64,000 nucleotides of DNA from a bacterium (GCA_021463645.1 JAJTYI010000004.1:174277-238276); one strand, 5' to 3'. Counted from the stretch's first letter, positions 17,725 through 28,653 are shown. Numbers and translations are program-made. The notes: generated by a model from the letters alone, not told the origin.

Positions 17725-19440
17725 ATGAATTGGAAAGTTAAACCAAAAATCCCGGCTAACATCAGAAAAAAATTAAGTGGTTTTGATGATTTGACTGCAC
17801 AGCTTGCGTATAACCGAAATATCGAAACATCCGATGACCTCGAAACTTTCCTGAATCCAGAACTCGATTCTCTAAATAATACAGGGAAACTAAATGATAT
17901 TGAAAAAGCAGTTCAAATAATTCTCGAAAAGGTCAAATCAAAAGAGAAAATTTATATCTACGGTGATTACGATGTTGATGGTATATGTTCAACATCGATT
18001 CTTTTTGATTTTCTTTTTAGGTCACTGGGAGCGAATGTCATGCCATATATTCCCAGTAGATTTGATGAAGGATATGGTATCAACCCAACAGCAATCAAAA
18101 AACTCCAAGACGAAGGAGCAGGGTTGATAATATCTGTAGATTGCGGTATTCGTGATGGAAAGATATTAAATGAAGTGCTCTCTTTGAAAACTGACTTGAT
18201 AATTACCGACCACCATCAAACTCCCGAAAACGAAGAAGATTTAGAAATACTGAAAAAAACTGCCAAAGCGGTTGTTCATCCTCTTCTAAACGATTACATA
18301 TTCAAAGATATTTGTGCAACAACTGTTGTTTGGCATCTAATTAGAGAGCTAGCAATTGAGGCAAAAAAACAGAAATTATTAATAGAAGATTTTGATGCTC
18401 TAAAATATTTAGACCTTGTGGCACTCGCAACAGTTTGTGATGTGATGCCATTGATAAACCAAAACAGGGTTATAGTTGCAGAAGGTTTGAAGCAGATGAA
18501 GGATACGCAGAATACTGGACTAAGAGAATTGCTTATGGTTTCGGGAATTTCTTCTGAAGATTTAGCTGCATATCATCTTGGATATGTCCTTGGACCTAGG
18601 TTGAATGCTTCGGGTAGACTAGAAACGGCACTTGATGGTGTAAGATTGCTCACTTCTAACAATTCCGAAAAAGTTACAGAACTTGCCAAGAAACTTAGTG
18701 ATTTGAACACAAAGAGACAGGAAATGACAAAAGAACTTATGTTTGAGTCAGAAAAACTACTCGAATCCTGGGGTTCAGATAAAAAGTTGATTTTAATTAC
18801 TGGGCAGGAGTGGCCTGAGGGTCTTGTAGGGTTAGTAGCTGGTAGGTTATGTGAAAAATATCACAGACCAGTGATTGTCTTATCTCTGAAAGATGGTGTG
18901 GCGGTGGGATCATGTAGAAGTACTTCTTCGTTTCATATTACAAAAGCGATTTCTCTAGAGGCTGATAAATTGGAAAGATACGGAGGACATGCACAAGCAG
19001 CAGGATTGACTATAAAAGAAGAAAATATTAGGAATTTTGCAGACAATATGCTCAAGTATGCTACAGAGGAAATTTCGGATGAAGATTTAGAGAAGATACT
19101 TTCGATTGAGATGGAGCTATCAGAGGATATTATTAATAAGGACACCCTTGAAGATATAAATCAATTTGGACCATTTGGTTTCGGGAATAAAGAACCTATC
19201 ATCTCGATAAACTCCGTAAAAGTTATTAATGTTAAAAGAGTAGGAAATGGAGGGGATCATCTCAAACTCACTTTCAGAAAAGATGTCGCGACCATTGATG
19301 CTATTGGATTCAAAATTGGAGAGAAATTCGCTAGAATTAAACCAGGAGATATCTTAAACATTGCTGGATATCTCGATTTGAATAAATTCAATGGAGTAGA
19401 GAGTGTTCAGTTCAAAATTGTTGATATACAAAATGGATAG
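17725..19440 (+). CDS. recJ: Single-stranded-DNA-specific exonuclease RecJ
   Basis: 571 aa. DHH motifs (IYIYGDYDVDGICST, VDCG, ITDHH), DHHA1 region (GGHAQAAG) and a C-terminal OB-like domain. Confidence 0.93.
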   Translation: MNWKVKPKIPANIRKKLSGFDDLTAQLAYNRNIETSDDLETFLNPELDSLNNTGKLNDIEKAVQIILEKVKSKEKIYIYGDYDVDGICSTSILFDFLFRSLGANVMPYIPSRFDEGYGINPTAIKKLQDEGAGLIISVDCGIRDGKILNEVLSLKTDLIITDHHQTPENEEDLEILKKTAKAVVHPLLNDYIFKDICATTVVWHLIRELAIEAKKQKLLIEDFDALKYLDLVALATVCDVMPLINQNRVIVAEGLKQMKDTQNTGLRELLMVSGISSEDLAAYHLGYVLGPRLNASGRLETALDGVRLLTSNNSEKVTELAKKLSDLNTKRQEMTKELMFESEKLLESWGSDKKLILITGQEWPEGLVGLVAGRLCEKYHRPVIVLSLKDGVAVGSCRSTSSFHITKAISLEADKLERYGGHAQAAGLTIKEENIRNFADNMLKYATEEISDEDLEKILSIEMELSEDIINKDTLEDINQFGPFGFGNKEPIISINSVKVINVKRVGNGGDHLKLTFRKDVATIDAIGFKIGEKFARIKPGDILNIAGYLDLNKFNGVESVQFKIVDIQNG

Positions 19441-20149
19441 GATCTTTAATTGGATTAATACAAATATACTCTATGTTTTCTTAGTATTTCTAATACTTCT
19501 CAACCTCTTACCTATAGTTGCACCAATATTACTCCATTACGAGCAATATGACTTATCCAGAGCTATTTACAACTTGTATTCTTTTTTTTGTCATCAGCAA
19601 CACTGGAAGAGTCTACACTTGCACGATCACCAGATTGCCTGGTGTGCTAGAGATATGTTCATTTGGGGTAGTATGCTATTTGTGCTGGTTATGGTTCTGA
19701 TTAGAAAAGTAAAACCGCTAAGTCTTTGGTGGTTAATAATATATTCTTTCCCAATGCTAATTGATGGTGGTTTACAGACATTCGCTGTTTTAGTTGGTTA
19801 TAGTGATTCATCTGCATTTTATGTAAGTAATAATTTTTCTAGAATGTTGACCGGTACAATTTTTGGTAGTGGATTTGGATTGTATATGTTTCCGAGGATG
19901 AAAGAATTGGTTCGACAAGAGAAGACAGAAACTTCTTCTGGAAATGGCTTTAAATTATTTAAAGGAGGTACAAATCATTTAAGAATTGTACTTTTAATAA
20001 TTCCAGTTATGTTTTTGCTATATATTGTTTTCATTCAAGTTTGGCAAATCACCTCAACCGAATATCTGCCATCGAATTTCCTCGATACAGAGACTAAATT
20101 ACCAGAAGATAATAGGGATTGGTTTCTCCGAAGACAAAGAGGAATTTGA
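19433..20149 (+). CDS. DUF2085-family membrane protein
   Basis: SFFCHQQHWKSLHL (the CHQ motif of DUF2085) and about 5 TM helices. The ATG at 19433 overlaps the recJ stop; the ORF is open from 19403. Confidence 0.7.
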   Translation: MDRIFNWINTNILYVFLVFLILLNLLPIVAPILLHYEQYDLSRAIYNLYSFFCHQQHWKSLHLHDHQIAWCARDMFIWGSMLFVLVMVLIRKVKPLSLWWLIIYSFPMLIDGGLQTFAVLVGYSDSSAFYVSNNFSRMLTGTIFGSGFGLYMFPRMKELVRQEKTETSSGNGFKLFKGGTNHLRIVLLIIPVMFLLYIVFIQVWQITSTEYLPSNFLDTETKLPEDNRDWFLRRQRGI

Positions 20150-20207
20150 TATTGTAATATCTCGAATTTACAATTTGCAAAAAATACTTCACCGAGTATT
20201 TTCATGA

Positions 20208-20216
20208 TGCTATAAT
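20208..20216 (+). promoter_or_regulatory. Candidate extended -10 promoter (TGCTATAAT) of the V/A-ATPase operon
   Basis: Perfect TGnTATAAT, 41 nt upstream of the first operon ATG (20257). Confidence 0.5.
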
Positions 20217-20256
20217 CCCATTTCTGTTTATTTGAAAATATTAATTTCAGCTAATT

Positions 20257-20571
20257 ATGAGTACTGATAAACCAATAAACGCGGACTTGAATTCGATTTT
20301 ACAAATCGAGAAAAAATTTAAGATACAAAAGAGAAAATTGCTAGAAGAGATGTCATCAAATACTGAGAAAAGTAAAAAAGAGTCAATAACTAAAATTAAT
20401 GACTTGAAAAAACAGCTATCAATGATAACTAGCGTTGATAATAACTCCGAGACTGAAACTATACCAGTAGATGCTGAAGCGAAATCTGAAGTTACCAAAG
20501 AACTAAGTCAAAAAATGCAAAAGAATTCTGCAAAAGCAGAAGAACTTCTAGATAAATATTTATTTTCATAA
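20257..20571 (+). CDS. Putative V/A-type ATPase peripheral-stalk subunit (G/H-like coiled coil)
   Basis: 104-aa charged coiled-coil protein in the position held by subunit G/H (ntpF/atpG) in the G-I-K-E-C-F-A-B-D operon order. Positional call. Confidence 0.5.
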   Translation: MSTDKPINADLNSILQIEKKFKIQKRKLLEEMSSNTEKSKKESITKINDLKKQLSMITSVDNNSETETIPVDAEAKSEVTKELSQKMQKNSAKAEELLDKYLFS

Positions 20572-20586
20572 CTTTTAAATATAAAC

Positions 20587-22623
20587 ATGAGTGTCATTGC
20601 CTGTGATATATACAAACTTGTATTCAAAAGAGAACAGATAATTCCTGTTCTTAAAAACATTGCCCTGTCACAGAATGTCGAGCTGGTCGAACCAGTTGTT
20701 GTGCTTCAGGGTTTATCTGAAATATCTGAAACCAGAATTTCAAGATTAAAAGAAGAGGTTGCTAAAATTGAGAAAATTATTAACTACCTCAAATTAAACG
20801 AAGAAGAAAACAAGAAGGCTATTAGTGACAAATTTGTTACAAATACCTTGAAAGATTACACAAATTTAAGTCATGAAGTTGATGATTTTGCAGAACAACT
20901 TGATTTAGTAAACCAGCCAAATGCTAAGGGAGAAGTTCAATCTTCGACCAATATTGTCGGGGATATTAGACAAGATGCTCAAGCTTCCAAATTGCCGTCC
21001 GAGTTGCTCACAAGTGAACTAGTATATCAAAAACTTTTAACCGTGGAGAATGAAAAAGTTAGTGAGTTACTTGAGGAGCTGGAAACAATAAGTCCGATAA
21101 ATGTATCTGTCTTTTCTAAGGATAAACATGATACAGAACTATTGCTGATTTCTGTAAAAGATGATGCTGAGTTTGTCGATAGTTTTATTGATCATAATTC
21201 TAGTTTTATCAAATCGATAGACTCCGGCGAGTCAGTACCTGTTACGTTAGCGTTTGAAAATAATAACGAAAAAGTAAGTGAAGTGAGTAACGAGACGTTT
21301 GAATTGCCAAAATTAAAGACAAAACTTAAGTTAACTCAGTTAGAAGTTCTCTTCGATGTATTAATGCTCGAAATCACTGCATACGAAAATACCAAGTTTA
21401 TCGGTGAATATTCTGGAGATGATTATGAAACAAAATCGAAAACTTATGTAGAACTTCATGCATGGGTTGATAAAGAAGGCTATGCAGTATTATCAAAATT
21501 GGTGGATTCTATCGATCAAGGTGCATATTTACAGAAACTCTCCACCGCCCACCGAAGCGACGTTCGAACAAAAATGTCTAATAACTCTTTGATAAAACCT
21601 TTCGAAATTGTAACGGAGTTCATGGGAATCCCCGGTTCCAAAGAATTGGATCCATCACCATTCTTGGCGTTTTTCTTTGTTGTGTTTTTCGGCTTCGCTC
21701 TTGGAGACGCAGGTTATGGTTTCCTAATCCTCACCGGTTTGCTTTATTATCTATTTGCCAAAAAGCCACAGGGAACCATTAGAGAGGGTATCAAATTGAT
21801 GATTTACTGTAGTATTTCCACAATATTCTTTGGAGCAATTACTGGAGGTTGGTTTGGAGTTGATGTCAACGTAGTAGGAGGAACTCTTGGTGAAACTTTG
21901 AGGAGTATGAAACAAATTGACCTTCAGTCTTCGATCATCTTGGTACTTGTACTTTCTCTAGTTGCAGGTTTTATTCAACAATTGTTTGGAGTATTCCTAG
22001 AATTGGTCACTTACTTCAAAAATGGAGACAAAATTGGTGGTTTGTCAGGACCTGGAACCTGGATTTTGCTTTTATTGACGATGGTCTTGGTGGCAGTTTC
22101 TGGAATGTCTCCAGCACTTGCTTTTGTGAAGGATATCCAAGCTCCACTTTTAATTATTGTGTTAGTACTATTTGCTTTCGGACAAGGTAGAAAACAAAAG
22201 AATATATTCCTAAGACCATTAATTGGTATCGGAAGTATCTTCAATATTACAAGCTATCTTTCAAACACTCTTTCATATGCCCGTTTATTGGCACTAGGCT
22301 TGGCTACCGGAGTTATTGCTAGTGTGATTAACTTAATTGCTTCGATTTTGGGTGGAACTGATTCAATATTTGGAATAATAGTCACAGTTTTGATTTTGAT
22401 TATTGGGCATCTTTTCAATATTGCGTTAAACGTATTAGGTACATTCGTAAATATTATCCGCCTTCAATTGGTTGAATTTTTCCCAAGATTCTATCAAGCA
22501 CAAGGTGTTGCAATTGAACCAAAAGGTTACAAACCTATGTATATCAAAGTTCCTGAAAATTCAACTAAATTTGGACCTATTCATATTAATATCTCTAATT
22601 TATTTATTAATTCACAAAAATGA
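20587..22623 (+). CDS. atpI: V/A-type ATPase subunit I (a-subunit, stator/proton channel)
   Basis: 678 aa. Soluble N-terminal half and a C-terminal polytopic domain containing LSYARLLALGLATG (the essential Arg motif). Confidence 0.88.
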   Translation: MSVIACDIYKLVFKREQIIPVLKNIALSQNVELVEPVVVLQGLSEISETRISRLKEEVAKIEKIINYLKLNEEENKKAISDKFVTNTLKDYTNLSHEVDDFAEQLDLVNQPNAKGEVQSSTNIVGDIRQDAQASKLPSELLTSELVYQKLLTVENEKVSELLEELETISPINVSVFSKDKHDTELLLISVKDDAEFVDSFIDHNSSFIKSIDSGESVPVTLAFENNNEKVSEVSNETFELPKLKTKLKLTQLEVLFDVLMLEITAYENTKFIGEYSGDDYETKSKTYVELHAWVDKEGYAVLSKLVDSIDQGAYLQKLSTAHRSDVRTKMSNNSLIKPFEIVTEFMGIPGSKELDPSPFLAFFFVVFFGFALGDAGYGFLILTGLLYYLFAKKPQGTIREGIKLMIYCSISTIFFGAITGGWFGVDVNVVGGTLGETLRSMKQIDLQSSIILVLVLSLVAGFIQQLFGVFLELVTYFKNGDKIGGLSGPGTWILLLLTMVLVAVSGMSPALAFVKDIQAPLLIIVLVLFAFGQGRKQKNIFLRPLIGIGSIFNITSYLSNTLSYARLLALGLATGVIASVINLIASILGGTDSIFGIIVTVLILIIGHLFNIALNVLGTFVNIIRLQLVEFFPRFYQAQGVAIEPKGYKPMYIKVPENSTKFGPIHINISNLFINSQK

Positions 22624-23093
22624 CAATTGGAGTTGTTCTAGCCGTAACAGCTGCTGTGGTAAGTATTTTACTTGCCGGTACGGGGAGTATCTTGGGTACT
22701 CTTTCAGCAGCAAAAAGTGGTGCAGGAGTTGTTTCCGAAAAGCCAAAAGCATTCGGAGGAGCTTTACTAACATCTGCCTTGCCAAGTTCACAAGGTATTT
22801 ATGGATTTCTTGCAGCAGTTATCGTACTGCAAAAAATTGGTTTAATTTCTGGAGAACTAGCAATGATTGACACAAATGTCGGTTTAGCTTTGTTGTTCGG
22901 AGCTATGCCTGTAGCATTCTTGGGTCTAATCTCGGGTATTGCACAGGGTAAAGTAGTTCAAGCAGGAACAAGAATCCTTGCAAATAATCCAGCAGATGTT
23001 GGAAAAGCAGTAATTCTAGCTGTTCTTGTAGAAAGTATGGCTGTTTTCGGACTACTACTTTCGATTTTAGTAATCAACAGTATTCAAGTTTAA
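22620..23093 (+). CDS. atpK: V/A-type ATPase subunit K (proteolipid, c-ring)
   Basis: 157 aa, four Gly/Ala-rich TM helices, ion-binding Glu in the last helix (AVLVESMAVFGL). The ATG overlaps the subunit I stop (ATGA). Confidence 0.88.
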   Translation: MTIGVVLAVTAAVVSILLAGTGSILGTLSAAKSGAGVVSEKPKAFGGALLTSALPSSQGIYGFLAAVIVLQKIGLISGELAMIDTNVGLALLFGAMPVAFLGLISGIAQGKVVQAGTRILANNPADVGKAVILAVLVESMAVFGLLLSILVINSIQV

Positions 23094-23102
23094 CCAAATA
23101 AT

Positions 23103-23642
23103 ATGGACGATTTTTTACAAAAAATTCAAAACATAAAAGATCAGAAGCTTGATGAGCTTAAACAGTCACTTACAGAAATACAAAACCGAGAATTAGACCC
23201 TATAAGGCGTGAGGAGTTATCTCTGAAAAATCTCGTAAGTCAGAAGACTGAACAGAAAAAGGTTCTAAAAGAATCCAGAGAAGAGTTCTTGGAAAAGAAT
23301 TCAAAGATGGGAACTCAGAGTGCTGTGAAAAAGGAATTACTTGAAAAATTTATTAAAGAGTATATGCAGAAATTATATAAAGACTCTTCTCGATACAAAG
23401 ATTTACTGGTGAGAAATCTTGAGAAAATCAAGGATGAAAAAGGAACCTTAAATATCGACGAAAATTCATACTCTCTAGTTAAAAGTGTGGTAAAAGATAG
23501 TTGGGACATAAAGATTGATAATGAGTTGAATGGTTTTATTTTTGATTCTCAAACTGTTTCAGTCCAATTGACTGAAGATATTGTGAGACGAGAGATTTTT
23601 GAGAACAACAAAACTGCGTTAAATCAGATTTTGTTCGCATAA
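23103..23642 (+). CDS. atpE: V/A-type ATPase subunit E (peripheral stalk)
   Basis: 179 aa. Long N-terminal charged helix plus a C-terminal globular part, in the correct operon position. Confidence 0.7.
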   Translation: MDDFLQKIQNIKDQKLDELKQSLTEIQNRELDPIRREELSLKNLVSQKTEQKKVLKESREEFLEKNSKMGTQSAVKKELLEKFIKEYMQKLYKDSSRYKDLLVRNLEKIKDEKGTLNIDENSYSLVKSVVKDSWDIKIDNELNGFIFDSQTVSVQLTEDIVRREIFENNKTALNQILFA

Positions 23643-23643
23643 T

Positions 23644-24426
23644 ATGAGTAATGTCAATGTAGGTACAATTTTTGCTTTAGAGTCACAGATACCAACATTC
23701 TCTGATTTATCATCGTTGCTTGGAGTTGAAAAGACTTCTCTAGGAAATGTTATGCAATCTTGGGGTTTATTCGGGAATACTCGTGATAATTCTGATATGT
23801 TGAGTATGGTGCATGAAAAGGAAAGAGAGATGCTTTTTGAATTATTAAAGATCTCGGAAGGTGACCAGTTTTTTGAAACAATGGTTTGGTTAAAATACGA
23901 AATGGTGCAAATTCGCAAAATATTTCGTGAGATGGCCAGTCTACTAAGTTCAGAACGTGAAAAGTACAAGGAAAAGTTAAGAATGATTAATTATCCGAAT
24001 AAAAAGATTGAAGACAAAATCGGCAAGTTCTACGATGAAGTGCCCTTAAAAATTGAGATATTTGAACTTGAGTTATTGCTCGATGAACTCTACATTCAAA
24101 TACAAGAGCTATTTGTCAGGAGGAATAAAGTTAAAAAAGAATACATAAATACTTTGAGAAATTTGTACGAAGAGTCGTCAAAGATTAGAAGAGAATATTT
24201 AGAAAATGATAACAAAGATAGTCAGGATGCCTTGGAAGAAATGAACAAAGAAATTGCCTTGAAAGAGACAAGTTATATTTCTGAGGCCTTGATACAGATG
24301 GATTCTACACTTGTAGCTTTATCTTATCTAATCAAATTGAAATATTTCTTTTACGATTTAAATCTTTTGATTTCTGGGGTAAGTAACAAAGAAAATAATT
24401 TATTAATTGATTACAGCTTTAGATAA
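23644..24426 (+). CDS. atpC: Putative V/A-type ATPase subunit C (d-type), unusually short
   Basis: 260-aa helical protein at the subunit C position between E and F. No motif verified by eye. Confidence 0.55.
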   Translation: MSNVNVGTIFALESQIPTFSDLSSLLGVEKTSLGNVMQSWGLFGNTRDNSDMLSMVHEKEREMLFELLKISEGDQFFETMVWLKYEMVQIRKIFREMASLLSSEREKYKEKLRMINYPNKKIEDKIGKFYDEVPLKIEIFELELLLDELYIQIQELFVRRNKVKKEYINTLRNLYEESSKIRREYLENDNKDSQDALEEMNKEIALKETSYISEALIQMDSTLVALSYLIKLKYFFYDLNLLISGVSNKENNLLIDYSFR

Positions 24427-24744
24427 ATGACATCGGGAAGTTTATACATAATTGGTGATAAATATATAGTTGATACCTACCGAATCCTTGGCTGTAAAGG
24501 CTTGGTATACGAAGAAGCAAAGTTAAATTCTATTATCGAATATATTGAAGCTAATTTTGAAAGGATAGGAGGAATTTTATTGACAGATGAAGTCTATGAT
24601 GAAGATTCTAAGTTAATCAGAAAAATAGATAATTTAGAAATACCATGGATAGTTTTACCATCACTTGAGGAGAATGGAAACAAAGGATATCAAGAGTTGG
24701 AAAGATTAGCAGAGAAAGCTATCGGAATGAAAATAAAAATTTGA
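24427..24744 (+). CDS. atpF: V/A-type ATPase subunit F
   Basis: 105 aa. LYIIGDKYIVDTYRILGCKG (the typical subunit F beginning), in the correct position. Start abuts the subunit C stop. Confidence 0.78.
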   Translation: MTSGSLYIIGDKYIVDTYRILGCKGLVYEEAKLNSIIEYIEANFERIGGILLTDEVYDEDSKLIRKIDNLEIPWIVLPSLEENGNKGYQELERLAEKAIGMKIKI

Positions 24745-24772
24745 TAAATAATTTAAATTAACGAAAAAGATA

Positions 24773-26596
24773 ATGACAGGAAAAATTGTAAAAATATCAG
24801 GACCTCTAGTCGTTGCAGAGAATATCCCTTCTGCAAGACTTTACGATGTTGTTAAAGTTGGTAATGAAAAACTGACAGGTGAGATTATTGAAATTAGAGA
24901 TAATCGTGCATGGATTCAGGTTTACGAAGAGACTAGTGGTGTTAGTGTCGGAGAAGAAGTGGAGACAACTGGCGAACCTCTAAGTGTTGAGCTTGGACCT
25001 GGTTTATTGAAGAGTATTTATGATGGGATTCAGCGACCACTTGAGGAAATCTCCAAAAAAGGTGGAATCTTCATTACAAGAGGAATAAATGTACCTGCAC
25101 TAAATCGTGATAAAAAATGGGATTTCGTTCCAACAGTTAAGAAGGGGGACAAAGTCCAACAAGGAGATATTTTGGGAGAAGTACAAGAGACAAATCTTAT
25201 TAGCCACAAGATTATGGTTCCCCCAAATGTATCAGGGGAAATTTTAGAAGTTAAATCCGGAAAATATACTGTTGATGAGATTGTTGCAATTATCGACTAC
25301 GATGGAAAAAAGATCGAAGTTAAAATGTATCAAAAATGGCCAATCAGAAAACCAAGAGCGTATAAACAAAAGTTTGTCCCTACGAAACCACTTATCACAG
25401 GACAACGTGTTTTCGATACTTTCTTTCCATTAACCAAAGGGGGAGTTGCCGCAATTCCTGGTCCATTCGGATCTGGTAAGAGCGTATCACAACAGCAAAT
25501 CGCAAAATGGTGCGATGCACAAATTATTGTCTATATAGGTTGTGGTGAAAGAGGAAACGAAATGACTGATGTTCTGAAAGAATTTCCAGAATTGAAAGAT
25601 CCAAACAGTGGAGATCCTTTGATGGAAAGAACTATTTTGATAGCTAATACTTCAAATATGCCAATCGCTGCTAGAGAAGCCTCAATTTATACAGGTATTA
25701 CAATTGCAGAGTATTTCAGAGATATGGGTCTAGATGTTGCACTTATGGCTGATTCTACATCAAGATGGGCAGAAGCATTACGTGAAATATCTGGAAGATT
25801 GGAAGAAATGCCTGGAGAAGAAGGTTACCCTGCATATCTGACATCTAGAATTGCAGAATTTTACGAACGAGCTGGCCGAGTAAGCCCACTCGGAAACAAA
25901 TCCAATGAAGGTAGCGTAACTGTAATTGGAGCTGTTTCTCCACCAGGAGGAGACTTATCAGAACCAGTCTCTCAAGGTACGCTTCAAGTTACTAAGGTTT
26001 TTTGGGCACTAGATTCTTCACTTGCATATGCTCGACATTATCCTGCCATCAATTGGTTAAATAGCTATTCCAGATATGATGATGTGGTTGAGAAGTTCTA
26101 CGACTTAGAAGTTAATCCAGAATTCTCTCAATTACGTCGACAAAGCTTGGAATTACTACAAAAAGAAGCTGAGTTATTGGAGATTATCAGAATTGTTGGA
26201 ATGGACTCACTATCAGTTAAGGATAGATTGATTCTTGATGTCGCAAAATCTTTGCGAGAAGACTATTTACAACAATTCGCATTTGACCCAATCGATACTT
26301 ACACTTCACTAAACAAGCAATATTATATGTTAAAAGCAATTATCACTTTCTATGAAATTGCCGTTCAAATCGCTGAAACTAGTGATGAATTTGATATTGA
26401 GGAATTACTGGATTTGCCTGTTAAAGAAGAAATAGTTGGAATGAAATTGGTTCCTGAGAGTGAGATATCAAAAATTGAATCTCTTTCTAAGAAAATTACA
26501 AAAGAATTGATGAAATTCAAACCTGAAAAAGACGTAACAGAGGCAGATCAACCTGATTACTACCGTGTGATTCGAGACCTCGATGATGAAATCTAA
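24773..26596 (+). CDS. atpA: V/A-type ATPase catalytic subunit A
   Basis: 607 aa. Walker A GPFGSGKSV, GERGNEM, Walker B LMADSTSRWAEALREIS, and the bulge (non-homologous) region typical of A subunits. Confidence 0.96.
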   Translation: MTGKIVKISGPLVVAENIPSARLYDVVKVGNEKLTGEIIEIRDNRAWIQVYEETSGVSVGEEVETTGEPLSVELGPGLLKSIYDGIQRPLEEISKKGGIFITRGINVPALNRDKKWDFVPTVKKGDKVQQGDILGEVQETNLISHKIMVPPNVSGEILEVKSGKYTVDEIVAIIDYDGKKIEVKMYQKWPIRKPRAYKQKFVPTKPLITGQRVFDTFFPLTKGGVAAIPGPFGSGKSVSQQQIAKWCDAQIIVYIGCGERGNEMTDVLKEFPELKDPNSGDPLMERTILIANTSNMPIAAREASIYTGITIAEYFRDMGLDVALMADSTSRWAEALREISGRLEEMPGEEGYPAYLTSRIAEFYERAGRVSPLGNKSNEGSVTVIGAVSPPGGDLSEPVSQGTLQVTKVFWALDSSLAYARHYPAINWLNSYSRYDDVVEKFYDLEVNPEFSQLRRQSLELLQKEAELLEIIRIVGMDSLSVKDRLILDVAKSLREDYLQQFAFDPIDTYTSLNKQYYMLKAIITFYEIAVQIAETSDEFDIEELLDLPVKEEIVGMKLVPESEISKIESLSKKITKELMKFKPEKDVTEADQPDYYRVIRDLDDEI

Positions 26597-26626
26597 ACTG
26601 ATTATATTAAATTAATATTTTGAAAA

Positions 26627-28006
26627 ATGAAAAAGTGGTATAAAACAATAAAAGAGCTCTACGGTCCTTTGTTGATTGTGGAAGGTGTCGAAAATGCGAA
26701 GTTTGAAGATCTTGTCGAAGTTGAGACTCAAGATGGTGAGATAAGAAAAGGTCGTGTGTTAGAAGCTAGAGATGATCGTGCTGTTGTGCAAATGTTTGAC
26801 ACAACATCTGGAATCGATATTAAAAACTCGAAAGCTTCATTCTTAGGAAAAACTTTGAAATTAGGAGTCAGCGAATTGATGTTGGGAAGAGTATTTAATG
26901 GTTTCGGTGATGTAATGGATGGTGGAGAAGAAATCATTCCTGAGAAAGAGCTTGATATCAATGGTTTCCCATTGAATCCATATATGAGGGAATTCCCAGA
27001 GGATTTCATCCAAACTGGAGTATCGACAATCGATGTTATGAACACATTGGTACAAGGGCAAAAACTTCCAATTTTCTCTGTTGCTGGATTACCACACTCA
27101 AAGTTAGCTGCTCAAATTGTTCGTCAATCAAAAGTTATCAAGGAAGGTAAAGTCGATTCCAACTTTGCCATAGTTTTTGGTGCAATTGGTATCACATTTG
27201 AAGAATCACAATTCTTCATCAATGAATTCAAGAAAACTGGTGCATTGTTCAAAACTGTAATGTTTATTAACCTCGCTAACGATCCTGTTATTGAAAGAAT
27301 AACCTTGCCAAGGTTGGCTTTAACAACTGCAGAATACCTAGCTTACGAGAAAAATATGAATGTGCTAGTCGTTTTGACTGATATTACGAACTACTGTAAT
27401 TCACTAAGAGAAGTCTCGGCAGCCAGAAAAGAAGTGCCAGGTAGAAGGAGTTATCCAGGATACATGTATACCGACCTAGCTTCATTATATGAAAGAGCAG
27501 GTAAAGTTGATGGCTCTACAGGTTCGATTACACAGTTGCCAATTTTAACAATGCCTGAAGGAGATAAAACACACCCAATTCCTGATTTGACTGGTTATAT
27601 TACAGAAGGACAAATCGTTCTTGCTCCAGAGTTGGAGAAAAAGGGAATCAATCCTCCAGTTGCAGTATTGGCATCACTCTCTAGATTGATGAATAAGGGT
27701 ATTGGAGAAGGTAAAACTCGAGAAGATCACTCAGGAGTCGCAAATCAATTGTTTGCTGGATATGCAAAAGGACGAGAACTCAGAGAACTAGCACAAATCC
27801 TAGGAGAATCATCTCTTAGTGAAGACGATAGAAAATTTGTTCAATTTGTAGATGCTTTTGAGAAAGAATTCGTAAACCAAGGTTATGAAAATGATAGATC
27901 GATTGAAGAAAGTTTGAATTTAGGATGGAAATTGCTTGCAATGTTGCCCGAAAAAGAACTCAAAAGAGTGAAGAAAGAGCACATCGAAAAATATATGAAT
28001 AAATAA
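26627..28006 (+). CDS. atpB: V/A-type ATPase subunit B
   Basis: 459 aa. [43 protein letters not shown] and SLSRLM motifs. Confidence 0.96.
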   Translation: MKKWYKTIKELYGPLLIVEGVENAKFEDLVEVETQDGEIRKGRVLEARDDRAVVQMFDTTSGIDIKNSKASFLGKTLKLGVSELMLGRVFNGFGDVMDGGEEIIPEKELDINGFPLNPYMREFPEDFIQTGVSTIDVMNTLVQGQKLPIFSVAGLPHSKLAAQIVRQSKVIKEGKVDSNFAIVFGAIGITFEESQFFINEFKKTGALFKTVMFINLANDPVIERITLPRLALTTAEYLAYEKNMNVLVVLTDITNYCNSLREVSAARKEVPGRRSYPGYMYTDLASLYERAGKVDGSTGSITQLPILTMPEGDKTHPIPDLTGYITEGQIVLAPELEKKGINPPVAVLASLSRLMNKGIGEGKTREDHSGVANQLFAGYAKGRELRELAQILGESSLSEDDRKFVQFVDAFEKEFVNQGYENDRSIEESLNLGWKLLAMLPEKELKRVKKEHIEKYMNK

Positions 28007-28626
28007 TGGCAAAAGAGAACGTAATTCCAACAAGACAAGAGTTAATGCGTTTGAAAAACAAGCGCAAGAGTGTCAAGCGTGGCCATAAGCTTTTGAAGGA
28101 TAAGCGTGATAATCTCGTACAAATATTCATGTCCAATTACAGAATTGCACTAAAGATGCGTGGCGAATTGGAAGAAAAGTATGGAGAAATTATGAAAAGA
28201 TATAATTTCGCAATGTTGAATATTGATGAAGAATATCTCGAGTTACTTGCAAAAAATCCCGACACAAAAATCCGCATTTTCAGTGAAACAAAAAACGTTC
28301 TAGGAGTAAAAATTCCAGAAATGGATGTGAAAGTTTCTGGTAACTTTCTAAATTACTCTCTAGCTCAAACCAATCATCATCTTGATGTTTCGCTTAAAAA
28401 TTTAAGAGAACTTTTACCAGATTTGGTAAAACTTGTAGAACTAGAGTTCAAGGTCAGAAGATTGGCAACTGAAATAGAAAAAACCAGACGACGTGTAAAT
28501 GCCCTCGAGTATGTAATTCTCCCAGAAATTGACCAAAATGTTCACTACATTCAGGCAAAACTAGCCGAAGACGCCCTCCAGACGACTGTCAGGTTGATGA
28601 AGATGAAAGTTAAAATTGCCGATTAA
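28006..28626 (+). CDS. atpD: V/A-type ATPase subunit D (central stalk)
   Basis: 206 aa. PTRQELMRLKNKRKSVKRGHKLLKDKRD and the C-terminal TRRRVNALEYVILP motif. The ATG overlaps the subunit B stop by 1 nt. Confidence 0.92.
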   Translation: MAKENVIPTRQELMRLKNKRKSVKRGHKLLKDKRDNLVQIFMSNYRIALKMRGELEEKYGEIMKRYNFAMLNIDEEYLELLAKNPDTKIRIFSETKNVLGVKIPEMDVKVSGNFLNYSLAQTNHHLDVSLKNLRELLPDLVKLVELEFKVRRLATEIEKTRRRVNALEYVILPEIDQNVHYIQAKLAEDALQTTVRLMKMKVKIAD

Positions 28627-28653
28627 AGTTATTTAACTCTGAACTATCGAGAT

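Noticed and set aside
22472-22870. 132-aa ORF overlapping the end of subunit I and the start of subunit K
   Set aside because: It is out of frame within two strongly supported genes and has Cys/Ser/Arg-rich junk composition.
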